Source: a virus. From it: a DNA stretch of 33,551 nucleotides. The notes under the pieces were generated by a model. The model did not search any database, was not told where the DNA came from, and saw nothing but the letters and a program-made list of their open reading frames with translations. The stretch lies in IMG/VR virus record IMGVR_UViG_3300045988_094565. One strand, given 5' to 3'. Position numbers and translations under genes: made by a program. Below, one piece after another: positions 1-9,223 of this stretch; position 1 is the stretch's first letter; each line of letters starts with the position of its first letter.

Positions 1-141
1 TCTTTTTTTATTTCTTCGTCCAGGCTATCAAGTGAAACTTTCAACCTTTCCCCACCCTTTCCGCAATATACAACTCCGTTTTTCCGTTGCTCTTCGGTCC
101 GTAGGTTCTGTATACCGCATAACGCTTTCCGTCTATGGAAA
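1..141. repeat. Exact 141-bp duplicate of 33411..33551 (overlap from circular assembly, or terminal redundancy)
   Basis: Base-by-base comparison of the first 141 nt with the last 141 nt shows identity. The repeat lies inside head-tail connector genes rather than at a packaging site. Confidence 0.9.
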
Positions 142-328
142 CTTCCGTTTGCCCGTCATATTCAAAGTCCCAAACTTCCAATTGTGATGTTGCTTTATAA
201 CCCAATTGCCCGGCGGCTGCGAACTCGTCACGCCCCACCGGGTTAATTGATGCTATTACTTCCGTTTCCTGGTATTCTGTTTGGTTCTTTTTAATCAATA
301 GTTTTATTGGCTTCTCTATGATACCCAC
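41..328 (-). CDS. Head-tail adaptor / head-closure protein (SPP1 gp16-like)
   Basis: 95 aa, positioned after the gp6-like connector. The C-terminal pattern ...KRYAVYRTYGP..GKTELYIAERV is typical of head-tail joining proteins. Its stop overlaps the start of the next gene across the circular junction. Confidence 0.55.
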   Translation of the reverse strand: MGIIEKPIKLLIKKNQTEYQETEVIASINPVGRDEFAAAGQLGYKATSQLEVWDFEYDGQTEVSIDGKRYAVYRTYGPKSNGKTELYIAERVGKG

Positions 329-602
329 CGCCTTTTATCTTGGTACACATTGCATTATAGGATGCAAGTAACTGTGTCTGATTATCCGGGCTTCCAAAAT
401 TAGCGTGACAATATAACAAAACGGCTTCAATGATTAAGGGGTCTTTTATGTCTGCTTCATCCAAATAAGAACTATGCACACCGATACGTTTTAAGTCTGC
501 AAGGGCAACTTCTACAAGCTGCCCCACATCTTCATCCAACATATCACTTGATGTTTTTCTAATTCTCAATTTGGCTTTCGCAATCAATTGTTCCTTTGTC
601 AT
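291..602 (-). CDS. Head-tail connector protein (gp6-like)
   Basis: 103 aa, immediately after the major capsid gene. The N-terminal AKAKLRI...DEDVGQLVEVALADLKR and ...IIEAVLLYCHANFG pattern resembles gp6-type connectors. Confidence 0.6.
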   Translation of the reverse strand: MTKEQLIAKAKLRIRKTSSDMLDEDVGQLVEVALADLKRIGVHSSYLDEADIKDPLIIEAVLLYCHANFGSPDNQTQLLASYNAMCTKIKGGGYHREANKTID

Positions 603-620
603 GCTTTAGCCGCCTTTCTC

Positions 621-1838
621 TTACGCTGACGGGTTCTTTACACGGATAAAGCCGTTTCTTGCAACAACATTTCCGCCCATGAATACGCTTGCCTTATAAG
701 CAATCTGGCCCTGTTTAAACTTGTACTCTGTTGATTTCTGTGCATCAATATCAGAGAATACGGCAACTTCGTAATTGGATAACGGACCGTAAGCCATGCA
801 ATAAGCATCTTTTGTTCCGCCGATTTCTGTACAAGCGGAATTGATGATATAAGGCACTTCGTCAATTGTTCCGGTATTGCCGTGGTTTACGATTGTGTAA
901 ACCTTTCTGCCCTGCTTATCTCTCAACTTCGCAAACTTCTTTAAGTCTTTCTTGTTGAGGATTAACACGGCCATATCTTCCACCTCTTCATCCCCACCGA
1001 ATGAATAAATAATTTCATCCAGGGTATCATCCGCAACCGCCGTAATGGTTGTAATGTCCGTTGTGCGGTCGATAATATCATTTGCCGAATTTTCCGGGTT
1101 GTAGAAAATGCCACGGAATTTTCCCGTGCCGCCCTCTCCTACTAAAATCTGACGGGATGCGTAACGCTTGATTGCTCTTGTAACGCTATCTTCTACAACG
1201 CCGTCATAGTCTGCATCCGGTAACTTCTGCATCTCTTCCGGCTCTTCTGCGTATGCCGTGATTTTCTCACGCACAATATCCGCATAACCAAATTCCGGTT
1301 CAGATGTGTTGTAATCTGCCCCCTCTGCGGTACTGCCGGCCCCGTCCCCATATGATTTCACATAAGGACGCTGATAACTTTCGCCGCCTACAAGCGGAAC
1401 GGTCTTTACTCTGTCGATAAGGGACGATACATTGTTGAATGTAGGGGAAATATCCGGGCTTGTATGGTGTGGCATCACAACGCCCGTTGCGGTTGTGATT
1501 GTGTTTAAGGGCTTTGCAATGGCTTTTGCCTTGAATTTAACGGCTTTGCCATTCTTTAAGGCTTTGCCGCTTTCCGCTCTTGCCTTATCCTTGGTTTCTG
1601 CACCCTCGCCGCCCTTTGTATCATCTTCCGGCTCTTCTCCCTCTGTTGCCGCCGCTGCTGCGGCTCTTGCAAGTTCCTCACGGGCTTTAATCTCGTCCAG
1701 GATTTCCCCAATGGTCTTTGCTTCATCCATGAGGGCGGTTAATTCCTCGCCGCTCTTGTCCTGGGCTTCTTTACCCACTGTAACAAGGCGTGCTTTTAAC
1801 TCTTTCTTGCTCATTTTCATTAACTGTTCTCTGTTCAT
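621..1838 (-). CDS. Major capsid protein, HK97-like, with N-terminal delta/scaffold-like domain
   Basis: 405 aa following a ClpP-like prohead protease. It has a charged coiled-coil N-terminus followed by a capsid-fold-sized body. Confidence 0.85.
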   Translation of the reverse strand: MNREQLMKMSKKELKARLVTVGKEAQDKSGEELTALMDEAKTIGEILDEIKAREELARAAAAAATEGEEPEDDTKGGEGAETKDKARAESGKALKNGKAVKFKAKAIAKPLNTITTATGVVMPHHTSPDISPTFNNVSSLIDRVKTVPLVGGESYQRPYVKSYGDGAGSTAEGADYNTSEPEFGYADIVREKITAYAEEPEEMQKLPDADYDGVVEDSVTRAIKRYASRQILVGEGGTGKFRGIFYNPENSANDIIDRTTDITTITAVADDTLDEIIYSFGGDEEVEDMAVLILNKKDLKKFAKLRDKQGRKVYTIVNHGNTGTIDEVPYIINSACTEIGGTKDAYCMAYGPLSNYEVAVFSDIDAQKSTEYKFKQGQIAYKASVFMGGNVVARNGFIRVKNPSA

Positions 1839-1856
1839 GCTGCTTTCCTCTCTTTC

Positions 1857-2636
1857 TTACTCCATGTGTTTAATTGTTAATGTTGCAATTTTGCTTCTGA
1901 TTTCTTTTTCTTTGGCTGTTGCCTGGTCCTTGGTATCGTCCGGCGGATTTCCCCCGGCTAATGCTTCCGGCGTGTTCTTGCAATATAATTTCGTGTAGTC
2001 TTGGACTGCTGCAACGGCGGTATTTTCTTCCCCCACCGACACGTTAAAGTATTTTGCGGCTTCCTCGCCGCTCAACCATGTTTCCGCTTCCATTAACTCT
2101 TTTATCTGCTCGATTGTTACGCCCTCTGCTAAATGTTCCTCGTAGATGCTCCGAATTCCGGCTTCTACGGCTTCCAATGCGTCCGCCATTTTGCGTAATT
2201 CGTTAGCGTTGCCCTCGCAATCGCACCACGGCTTATGTATCATCAAATAGGCGTTCTTTGGAATTGTTGGTTTGTCACTATCCACAAACGGAAAAAGTGA
2301 TGCTATCGAACCGGCCAGGGCATCCACAAAACAATGTTTCTTTCCCTGGTAGCGTTTAAGCATATTGTAAATAGCAATTCCGGCAAATACCGAACCGCCG
2401 CCGCTATTGATGTAAATGTTTAAATCTCTGCCGTTTGCTTCTGCAAGGAAATTTTTGATTGCATCCGGGTATTGGTCCTCTTCTTGCCATGCTCCCCACC
2501 AATCCGAAACAATATCCCCGTAAAAATAAAGGTCCGCCGTTGTATCTGTGATGTTTTTAATCTCACAAAACGGCTTTACGGTTGCGGTCTTGGCGTTTTT
2601 GCACGCAATAAACTGTTTTATCTGTGGCATTTCCAT
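1857..2636 (-). CDS. Prohead (head maturation) protease, ClpP-related S14
   Basis: INSGGGSVFAGIAIYN, ALAGSIASL (Ser) and MIHKP (His) motifs. Located between the portal and capsid genes. Confidence 0.85.
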   Translation of the reverse strand: MEMPQIKQFIACKNAKTATVKPFCEIKNITDTTADLYFYGDIVSDWWGAWQEEDQYPDAIKNFLAEANGRDLNIYINSGGGSVFAGIAIYNMLKRYQGKKHCFVDALAGSIASLFPFVDSDKPTIPKNAYLMIHKPWCDCEGNANELRKMADALEAVEAGIRSIYEEHLAEGVTIEQIKELMEAETWLSGEEAAKYFNVSVGEENTAVAAVQDYTKLYCKNTPEALAGGNPPDDTKDQATAKEKEIRSKIATLTIKHME

Positions 2637-3841
2637 TAACCCCCTTTCATAATCTGCATATAGGCACGGGCGGCCGCTTGCATTGCCCGTTTTTCTCTGT
2701 CATTTGCTCCGGTATCATCCGGCGGCTCGTTCTGCTGCCCTACCTGGTACAATGATTGGTCCCCAACCTTGACATAGTTTAGAGATACCAACCTTTGGTC
2801 CCCGTCCTCTACCGGGCCGTAATACATAAGTTCTCTGTATTCGTTAATTGTCAACGCTCCACGGTCAAACATTCCGCCGCCTATGGTTTCCCTTGTCTGC
2901 AATGTGGCATACTGTAAAAGGTTTGCCACAAAATCAATGCGGTTTCCGTAACCAATTTCACGGGGCGTTAAGAGTTTAAATGTAAACTCATAGGACAATT
3001 GCACGCTGATAGGTTCAATTACATTCTCGTAAAATGAAATAAACTCGGTATCGTTTAGCGTGGAAGTCAATATTTTGTCATTCACGCCGTAATAACGGTA
3101 TATGTTATCCCGTAAGAATGTAATTTGGTTTGTCGGTATGCTCGGCGTTCTCTGTGAGATTTCTTTAAACTCCACCGTGTTATCAATTGCGGCAATTCCC
3201 CCGGCGTTGTCCTTGTTCATATAGGCATCCTGGAAATTCCGGGCTATTTCTTTCAATTCTTCATCATCTGCGATATTGTTATATTTCAAATACCCGGCTA
3301 AAGAATTTGAACGGTTTACAATGTTCTTTATGGTTTCCCCGGATGTTTCTATGAGGTCCAGGCTTCTTTTTAACTCCATATCCGGCGTTGTTCCCAGGAA
3401 ACGGCGTTTATTATATCTCGCCTTAACATGGATTACATTTTGGTATGGCACGGTGTACGTTTTTCCGTCATAATCCCAACGGAAGCGGAAAAGGATGTTA
3501 TTTTTATCATCCTCAAAAATCCTATATGATGTTGTGGTAATCGGTTGGATGCTCTCAACCCTGGTAAAATCCTTGTTCCAAAAAATCACGGAAAAGGAAT
3601 TGGATGTATAAACCAAATCAACGGCAATACGGTATAAAAAATCATAGGTTGACATTTCCGGGCATGGGCGTAAAGATAAAAGCCTTGCAATGTAATCATT
3701 TTTAATTACCATGCCTTTTTCATCCTTACGGATTACCTGGGGTTTCAACTTGCCAACATTCTTTCCGATTGCATCCGCAATTGCTCCCACAATGTCATTA
3801 TCCCGTAATGTTCCCGTTGGCTCATACTCTCCACGGCTCAA
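2636..3841 (-). CDS. Portal protein (HK97 family)
   Basis: 401 aa between terL and the protease. The track start is a TTG. The frame stays open upstream to 3916 (see findings). Confidence 0.85.
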   Translation of the reverse strand: MSRGEYEPTGTLRDNDIVGAIADAIGKNVGKLKPQVIRKDEKGMVIKNDYIARLLSLRPCPEMSTYDFLYRIAVDLVYTSNSFSVIFWNKDFTRVESIQPITTTSYRIFEDDKNNILFRFRWDYDGKTYTVPYQNVIHVKARYNKRRFLGTTPDMELKRSLDLIETSGETIKNIVNRSNSLAGYLKYNNIADDEELKEIARNFQDAYMNKDNAGGIAAIDNTVEFKEISQRTPSIPTNQITFLRDNIYRYYGVNDKILTSTLNDTEFISFYENVIEPISVQLSYEFTFKLLTPREIGYGNRIDFVANLLQYATLQTRETIGGGMFDRGALTINEYRELMYYGPVEDGDQRLVSLNYVKVGDQSLYQVGQQNEPPDDTGANDREKRAMQAAARAYMQIMKGG

Positions 3842-4018
3842 TAGTAGGGGTCTGTACTTTGCCCGGAATGAATTTAATACATTTGCGATAATTCCCGTTT
3901 TCTTCTCCCCCTTTCTTCAAAAATAGGGCCAGTTTTCCCACACCAACATTCTATAATGTTTCGTGTTGAAATTCTGACCCACTTTAATACTGCTGCCGCA
4001 ACGCATTTTCCCTTGCAT

Positions 4019-5689
4019 CTATGCGGTTTCTTTGCTTATATTCAATAATTTCTTGCCTATCTCATTGTGGTACTTGGAAACCATTGTGAGGGCATCAAAC
4101 ACACTCATAGCCCCGTCTATCCTCATACGCTTTTCAATTTTTACGGGTTTCATTCTGCTATCGTTTAGGTTAATATCCACCGCCACGTTAAGGAAATGTG
4201 CCGCCAACATGGAATTGTCCCCAAAATCAAAAAGCCCGTCTTTTAAATTCCCCTCAAACTCATGTAATATAGGTGTGAGGTTCGTTCCCTGGTATACATC
4301 ATCCGTGTGAAACCCGGCGGTTTTCAAATCTTCCACAAGGTAATTTGCCGAATACCTATCATAGCCGATTTTTAGCGGTTTGATTTTATACACTTTCACA
4401 AGTTCGATAAACCAATTGTAAACATCCTTATAGTCCACCTGGTTTTCCCCGGATATGAACAAAAAACCCCGGTCCCTATATATGTTGTACGGCGTGTTGT
4501 CCTCGTTAATTGCCACTTCATACCGCTTTTGTGGCATATAAAACCGTGTGAATATATGGTTTATTCCGTCCCGGTTTATTACAATGCTTGCTGCGGTTAA
4601 ATCCGTGGTTCTTGATAGGTCGATACCGCCCACACAATAGCATCCTTTAAAATCTTCCAGGGATAATGGCTTTTCTTCGTGTACGCATTTCATAACATCC
4701 CAATAATCCAACCATGCCACGGCTGAATTTTGTTTGATGTTACAAAACTTTGTCATAAACTCAACCTTTTTCGAGATTGAATTTCTTGCAATCTCTATTT
4801 GCTCCAAATAGTATTCCGCCGATACGGACACGCCCAAATTTGGGTTGCTCTTCTTTAATTCCTCTATGCTATCCCATTTCTCTATATCGTCTATCATGTA
4901 AATAAAAGGCAAAAGCCGCTTTTCTCTGCTATTGCCCTTTAGAAATGCCGTTGCCCTTTTAAATAATTCATCAAAAATTCCGTCATTCACATATCCGGCG
5001 GTTGCAATGGATATTATTAACGGCTGTTTTCTCGCTCCCAGGGCGGAAGTCATAACCTCGTATTGCTTCAATCCTTGGTCTCCCGGCCACGCTTCCATTT
5101 CGTCATTGACTACCAATTGAGGGTTGAAACCGTCCGATTTCTTAGAGTTGAAAGCAATCTTTTTTACGCTCGTATTGAAAGCCTTTATGTAAATATCACT
5201 CCGGCGTTTTTTTGTGATACTGTCCAATTCATCATCTGATTGCACAATCTGATAAAAGGCATCATACACTAAATCCGCCTGGTCTAACTTCGGTGCAAGG
5301 AAATAAACCTTTGCCCCATATTCCCCGTCTATATATGTCATGTATGCGGCTATTGCAGCGGCAAAAAGCGTTTTGCCGTTCTTACGGGCAACAATTATAA
5401 AAACCTCTCTAAACTGCCTATACCCGGTTGTTTTGTCCATAATGCCAAATATGGCGGACACAATAGCCTTTTGCCACAATTCCAGGTGCAAAAGGTCACT
5501 CCGCCCCTCTGAATGGTGGCAAAAATTTTCTATGAATTTTATAGCCTTGTTCGCTTTTTTCTCGTTAAATTCCCACTCGCCATTTAATAGCCCGGTTGTC
5601 AAAATCTCAAAACACAACCGCACCCATACACCCACAATTACTTCTTTTTTTTGGATTGCTTCATGGTATTTAAAAATCCAATTATCCAT
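4019..5689 (-). CDS. terL: Terminase large subunit
   Basis: 556 aa with Walker A-like VARKNGKT, a VVNDE Walker B-like motif and a C-terminal nuclease-sized domain. Adjacent to terS and HNH. Confidence 0.9.
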   Translation of the reverse strand: MDNWIFKYHEAIQKKEVIVGVWVRLCFEILTTGLLNGEWEFNEKKANKAIKFIENFCHHSEGRSDLLHLELWQKAIVSAIFGIMDKTTGYRQFREVFIIVARKNGKTLFAAAIAAYMTYIDGEYGAKVYFLAPKLDQADLVYDAFYQIVQSDDELDSITKKRRSDIYIKAFNTSVKKIAFNSKKSDGFNPQLVVNDEMEAWPGDQGLKQYEVMTSALGARKQPLIISIATAGYVNDGIFDELFKRATAFLKGNSREKRLLPFIYMIDDIEKWDSIEELKKSNPNLGVSVSAEYYLEQIEIARNSISKKVEFMTKFCNIKQNSAVAWLDYWDVMKCVHEEKPLSLEDFKGCYCVGGIDLSRTTDLTAASIVINRDGINHIFTRFYMPQKRYEVAINEDNTPYNIYRDRGFLFISGENQVDYKDVYNWFIELVKVYKIKPLKIGYDRYSANYLVEDLKTAGFHTDDVYQGTNLTPILHEFEGNLKDGLFDFGDNSMLAAHFLNVAVDINLNDSRMKPVKIEKRMRIDGAMSVFDALTMVSKYHNEIGKKLLNISKETA

Positions 5690-5692
5690 TAA

Positions 5693-6082
5693 CTATTCAT
5701 CCCGTAACGCCGCCAAACGGTCCACTTTTTCTTTTTCTTTTGGCGGTAAATACTCAATGAGTGAGTGAATAATTGCGGTATATTGGCGTGAATATTTCTC
5801 GTAAATTTGGGTTGATGGGTGGGCTTTTACAAATTTCTGTGATGCGTTCACGGTTTCCGTTGTAAGGCCCTCTTTTTTCAATTCTTCTTTCGCCTGGAAA
5901 CAAGCCACTTTTAAAAATGCCGCTTCCTCAATCAGCGAATTTATAAGGGTTTTCTTGTTTTCATCATCAACCCCAACAAACATTTTTTCTAAAAACTCTA
6001 TCTCTTTTTTAATCCTCGCATTTGTTAATTTGTTCGGTCTTTTTTTCTTATTTTCTGTTAAATCATTCTTGCTTTCTGCCAT
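5693..6082 (-). CDS. terS: Terminase small subunit (P27-like)
   Basis: 129 aa, basic N-terminus, immediately upstream of terL. Size and pattern are typical of P27-family small terminases. Confidence 0.65.
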   Translation of the reverse strand: MAESKNDLTENKKKRPNKLTNARIKKEIEFLEKMFVGVDDENKKTLINSLIEEAAFLKVACFQAKEELKKEGLTTETVNASQKFVKAHPSTQIYEKYSRQYTAIIHSLIEYLPPKEKEKVDRLAALRDE

Positions 6083-6089
6083 AAATATA

Positions 6090-6098
6090 CCCCCCCCC
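6090..6098 (-). repeat. G9 homopolymer (C9 on plus strand), 7 nt upstream of the terS ATG
   Basis: Read directly. The minus strand is TGA-GGGGGGGGG-TATATTT-ATG, between the HNH stop and the terS start. Confidence 0.95.
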
Positions 6099-6503
6099 TC
6101 ATATGCGTGCGACCTTGCAGAGTTTTTTTGAGGTAACTCCCTCGGTTCTTTTACCCGGTGTCAAATTCTGTACCCCGGGGGTGTGGTCTGATTTATTATT
6201 TTCTTTCGGCGGTAATAAATTTCCGTTTGCATCATACTGATAACGCATTGGTGTATGTACTGCCTTGTGTTCTTTGTTGTGGCAATCCTCACAAACATAT
6301 TCCAGGTTGTCCAGGTTCAATGTGATGTTTGGATTGCTGATATTGCCCGGCGTAATATATTCTTTGTGATGCACAATGTAACCCGGCTTATATATTCCTC
6401 TCGCCTTGCACCGCTCACACAATCCGTTGCTCCTGGTTATTACTTGCTGCCTTGCTCTCTTCCATGCGGCGGACTTATAAAAGCCCTTTGCATATTCTTT
6501 CAC
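6099..6503 (-). CDS. HNH endonuclease (packaging-associated)
   Basis: CERCKARG...HHKEY...NLEYVCEDCHNKEH motif. The position just upstream of terS/terL is typical of HK97-like cos phages. Confidence 0.85.
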   Translation of the reverse strand: MKEYAKGFYKSAAWKRARQQVITRSNGLCERCKARGIYKPGYIVHHKEYITPGNISNPNITLNLDNLEYVCEDCHNKEHKAVHTPMRYQYDANGNLLPPKENNKSDHTPGVQNLTPGKRTEGVTSKKLCKVARI

Positions 6504-6588
6504 GGTCCCACCGCCCTTTCTGTAAATGGTTTATGGGTTATGTGTATTGCTACCCCATAACCCAATTATAAATTCTTTTGCCTTGCTA

Positions 6589-6963
6589 TTATGTCCCCGT
6601 TGTACTGCTGCATCCGGTATTCCTTTTAGTCCTGCTGCCTGGCAACATTCCTAGCCCCTCGGCAACTGCGGTTATAAATTCATTGCGGTAATCGTAGAAT
6701 TGACGGCGGCCACACATCACATCATAAATACTTTCATACGGCGTACAATGAACCACGCTTTTATATATTTGTTTCTGCATCTGCTCCCGTGCCGCTTCGC
6801 TATCTATGTTGTGGCATGAATTATTAAGGGCTTCATTTATCACGCTATAAGCCATACGGTCAAATGCTGATGCGTTCCCGTTAAGCATCCGGCGTTTGCG
6901 TTTCTCGTTGCCCTGGATAATCTTTTTTACTGTGGCTTTAATATCATCATCAATTCTTTGCAA
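6589..6963 (-). CDS. Hypothetical protein (position typical of a late-gene regulator, not demonstrated)
   Basis: 124-aa ORF with a TTG start, preceded by a G9 tract plus a 6-nt spacer. Confidence 0.4.
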   Translation of the reverse strand: MQRIDDDIKATVKKIIQGNEKRKRRMLNGNASAFDRMAYSVINEALNNSCHNIDSEAAREQMQKQIYKSVVHCTPYESIYDVMCGRRQFYDYRNEFITAVAEGLGMLPGSRTKRNTGCSSTTGT

Positions 6964-6968
6964 TACTG

Positions 6969-6977
6969 CCCCCCCCC
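6969..6977 (-). repeat. G9 homopolymer, 5 nt upstream of the TTG start of 6589..6963
   Basis: Read directly as C9 on the plus strand. Confidence 0.95.
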
Positions 6978-6983
6978 AATCCG

Positions 6984-7376
6984 CTATTCTTCGTAGGTTG
7001 TCTTTTTGTTCTCCGACCGTTCAACCTTAATACTTTCTTTCGCCATTTTAGAAACCTTTGCTTTTACGCCATGCCCCACATCAACGGTAATCCCTTTCAT
7101 GTGTTTATCCTCGATTGCATCAACGGTTGCAATTAAAAGATTAACCACATCTTCCGCAACGGGCTTTTCTGCACCGCCACCAAATAATTCATTTACTCTT
7201 TTCTTTGCCTTGTCCTTTCTCTCTTTTGCTTTTGCGTATACTTGTGCTTGCTCACATTCGCACTCGCACGTTACCGCTTCGTTAATCTGCCCTTGCTCCC
7301 ACTCTTCCGGGACCTGTATTATTTTGGTCTGTCCACAAAAGGAACATGAACCCGTTTTATCTGCTTTTGCACTCAT
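6984..7376 (-). CDS. Hypothetical Cys-rich protein
   Basis: 130 aa with CSFCGQ ... CECECE. Preceded by the conserved AGAAAGCGAGGA start-associated sequence. Confidence 0.5.
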   Translation of the reverse strand: MSAKADKTGSCSFCGQTKIIQVPEEWEQGQINEAVTCECECEQAQVYAKAKERKDKAKKRVNELFGGGAEKPVAEDVVNLLIATVDAIEDKHMKGITVDVGHGVKAKVSKMAKESIKVERSENKKTTYEE

Positions 7377-8122
7377 GCTTTTATCCTCGCTTTCTTTCCT
7401 ACTTCGTAGGCTTTCATAGCAACCGTTAATACTGCTGCCGACTGCTCCACGGTTAATTCATTGCCTTTTACCATTCCGCCCAATGTGGCGTTGATAATCT
7501 CCAATGTATCTTCCATACTCTCAATCTTTTTATTTCCCGTCTGACCGCATGAAAGATTTATAATTGCTTGCTTTATTTCTCTCTTTTCCGGGTGTTCGCT
7601 TAAAATCTCGTTTATTATTCTTTCTTCTCTTCCCGGATTAAAATTCTTACACCCTCTGCACTCTTCCCGGCTAAACATTCGTGACGGTAAATTGATACCG
7701 TCACACTTTCCGTTAATCCACGGTGCATTTACACACGCTTTCTTTGGCATCCGTCCCGGTTCTGTGAGATATGCCAATATCTCTTCCCCGGCTTCCTCTG
7801 CCCCATAGCACACCGCCGTTTTATAGCCTTGTGCATTAAGCATTGCCATATACTCTTCCTGGGCTTTGGTTGCCTTATTCTTTCCAAACTTTAATTCGAT
7901 ATACAACCCGTGAAAGCCGTTATTTGCAACGGGTAGGCATATATCCGGCACGCCGCTTTTAAGTCCGGCCGCCTTTAATATTCCGCCATTGCTCCTTTTG
8001 CCCTCGTTTGGCACATGGTACATCAACGCCAATTCCGGCAATATGCTTTCTGTCCGCTTCGCCCAATTGAAAAGGGCTATTTGCTCCGTTGTTTCGCTTC
8101 TCTTCATGTTCTGTATACTCAT
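7373..8122 (-). CDS. VRR-NUC domain nuclease
   Basis: EQIALFNW...PNEGKRS...GVPDICLP...GLYIELKFGKNKATKAQEEY, a PD-(D/E)xK VRR-NUC pattern. Confidence 0.8.
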   Translation of the reverse strand: MSIQNMKRSETTEQIALFNWAKRTESILPELALMYHVPNEGKRSNGGILKAAGLKSGVPDICLPVANNGFHGLYIELKFGKNKATKAQEEYMAMLNAQGYKTAVCYGAEEAGEEILAYLTEPGRMPKKACVNAPWINGKCDGINLPSRMFSREECRGCKNFNPGREERIINEILSEHPEKREIKQAIINLSCGQTGNKKIESMEDTLEIINATLGGMVKGNELTVEQSAAVLTVAMKAYEVGKKARIKA

Positions 8123-8289
8123 GTTTCATATTCCGCCTTTTCTTTCCGGTATTTGCAGTAATGCCACACGCAATTTACCTTGTATTGATTTTCGTTGTAT
8201 TTCTCGCTTGCACACGTTCCGTTGTTCCTGGAATAAATACACCTTTTGCAATAATCCGGGTGCGTGGGGAATAATATAATTTCCCCCAT
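8119..8289 (-). CDS. Small Cys-rich hypothetical protein (56 aa, below the ORF-track cutoff)
   Basis: Hand translation gives MGEIILFPTHPDYCKRCIYSRNNGTCASEKYNENQYKVNCVWHYCKYRKEKAEYET. Its stop overlaps the VRR-NUC ATG (ATGA). Confidence 0.4.
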   Translation of the reverse strand: MGEIILFPTHPDYCKRCIYSRNNGTCASEKYNENQYKVNCVWHYCKYRKEKAEYET

Positions 8290-8295
8290 ACCCGT

Positions 8296-9222
8296 TTAAT
8301 CTTCCTCTAAGGCGTATTCACGCTTGCGGCGTTTGCAATCTTCCAACATCCGTTCCAAAATGCCCGTTTCCTCTTCGGAAAGATAGATATAATATTTTTC
8401 AAGCATTTTTACGGCGTGTAATTTCTTGGCATTTGCCTTTTCTTCCTCGGATGTGTCGGTATCTGACACATTTTGTTCTTTGGCTATGTCCTCGGCGGTC
8501 TTACGCTTCTTTTTCTTCTCTTCTGACATCTGTTTTATCTCTTCGCTCTTTATATCCGCCCCGGCTTCAACTGCTGCTGCAACTTCTTTTTGTGCATCCT
8601 CGGATAATCTACTTGTTTCATAGGCACTTGTAATTTTCATATTGCCTTTTTCAAACTGCTCTTTTACCTCTTCCGTGGCATTGTTGTTAATTGCTTCCAA
8701 CTGTGCAATCTTGGTTGGTTTCTCCCCCAGGACTGCCGCCACATAATCCCTAACCCTTTTTCCCTCTTCCAGGACTAACAATTTTTCCTTTCTCGCCTGG
8801 GTCAATACCTCTTTCCAATCCGCCGCCTGGTTCATTAAATCGTAATCGGTCATTTTTCGGTTAAAGGTATTGCCGATTAGCAAGGATAATCTAAATTGCG
8901 TTTCCGTCATGTCCTTAAAGCGGCACGGGATGTTCTGCGTAATCTCCGTGTGTCCCTCGTTCTGCAAAATAACAAGGGCTTCACGCCGTCTATGTCCACC
9001 GGAAAGAAGATACTCCCCGTTTACCCGGCCAATGATTAACGGCTCTTGCAATCCGTCCATAAGAATTGATGTTGCCAATTCTTCCAAATCGTCCATGCTA
9101 TAACGGTTGTGCTTCGTAACTTTGATTTCGTCCAGGTTAAGGGTTATTGCTTCGTAGTTGTCTACGCCCTCAACTGCTGCCCTGGTTGCTCCGTTCATAA
9201 GGTCCATAATATTAAAGCCCAT
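8296..9222 (-). CDS. parB: ParB-like partition / nuclease-domain protein
   Basis: ParB N-terminal box LLSGGHRRREA, directly downstream of parA. Confidence 0.8.
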   Translation of the reverse strand: MGFNIMDLMNGATRAAVEGVDNYEAITLNLDEIKVTKHNRYSMDDLEELATSILMDGLQEPLIIGRVNGEYLLSGGHRRREALVILQNEGHTEITQNIPCRFKDMTETQFRLSLLIGNTFNRKMTDYDLMNQAADWKEVLTQARKEKLLVLEEGKRVRDYVAAVLGEKPTKIAQLEAINNNATEEVKEQFEKGNMKITSAYETSRLSEDAQKEVAAAVEAGADIKSEEIKQMSEEKKKKRKTAEDIAKEQNVSDTDTSEEEKANAKKLHAVKMLEKYYIYLSEEETGILERMLEDCKRRKREYALEED

Positions 9223-9223
9223 G

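Noticed and set aside
1-141. Terminal 141-bp repeat as true direct terminal repeats or LTR-like ends
   Set aside because: The repeat lies inside and between head-tail connector genes that are only intact when the ends are joined. It is distant from the packaging genes. An assembly overlap is the simplest explanation.
638-865. Alternative-frame minus-strand ORFs inside larger genes (638..865, 24206..24424, 25801..26040, 28985..29326)
   Set aside because: They are nested in the capsid, DGR target, tail-fibre and tape measure genes. There is no independent start context. 28985..29326 is simply the tape measure tandem repeat read in another frame.
1432-1998. Plus-strand ORFs throughout the track (e.g. 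1432..1998, 5340..5768, 20641..21291, 29381..30244)
   Set aside because: Each lies antisense to a longer minus-strand gene that has recognisable motifs. Their translations are low-complexity or Ser/Leu/Phe-rich, and none has a ribosome-binding site. They are treated as shadow ORFs.
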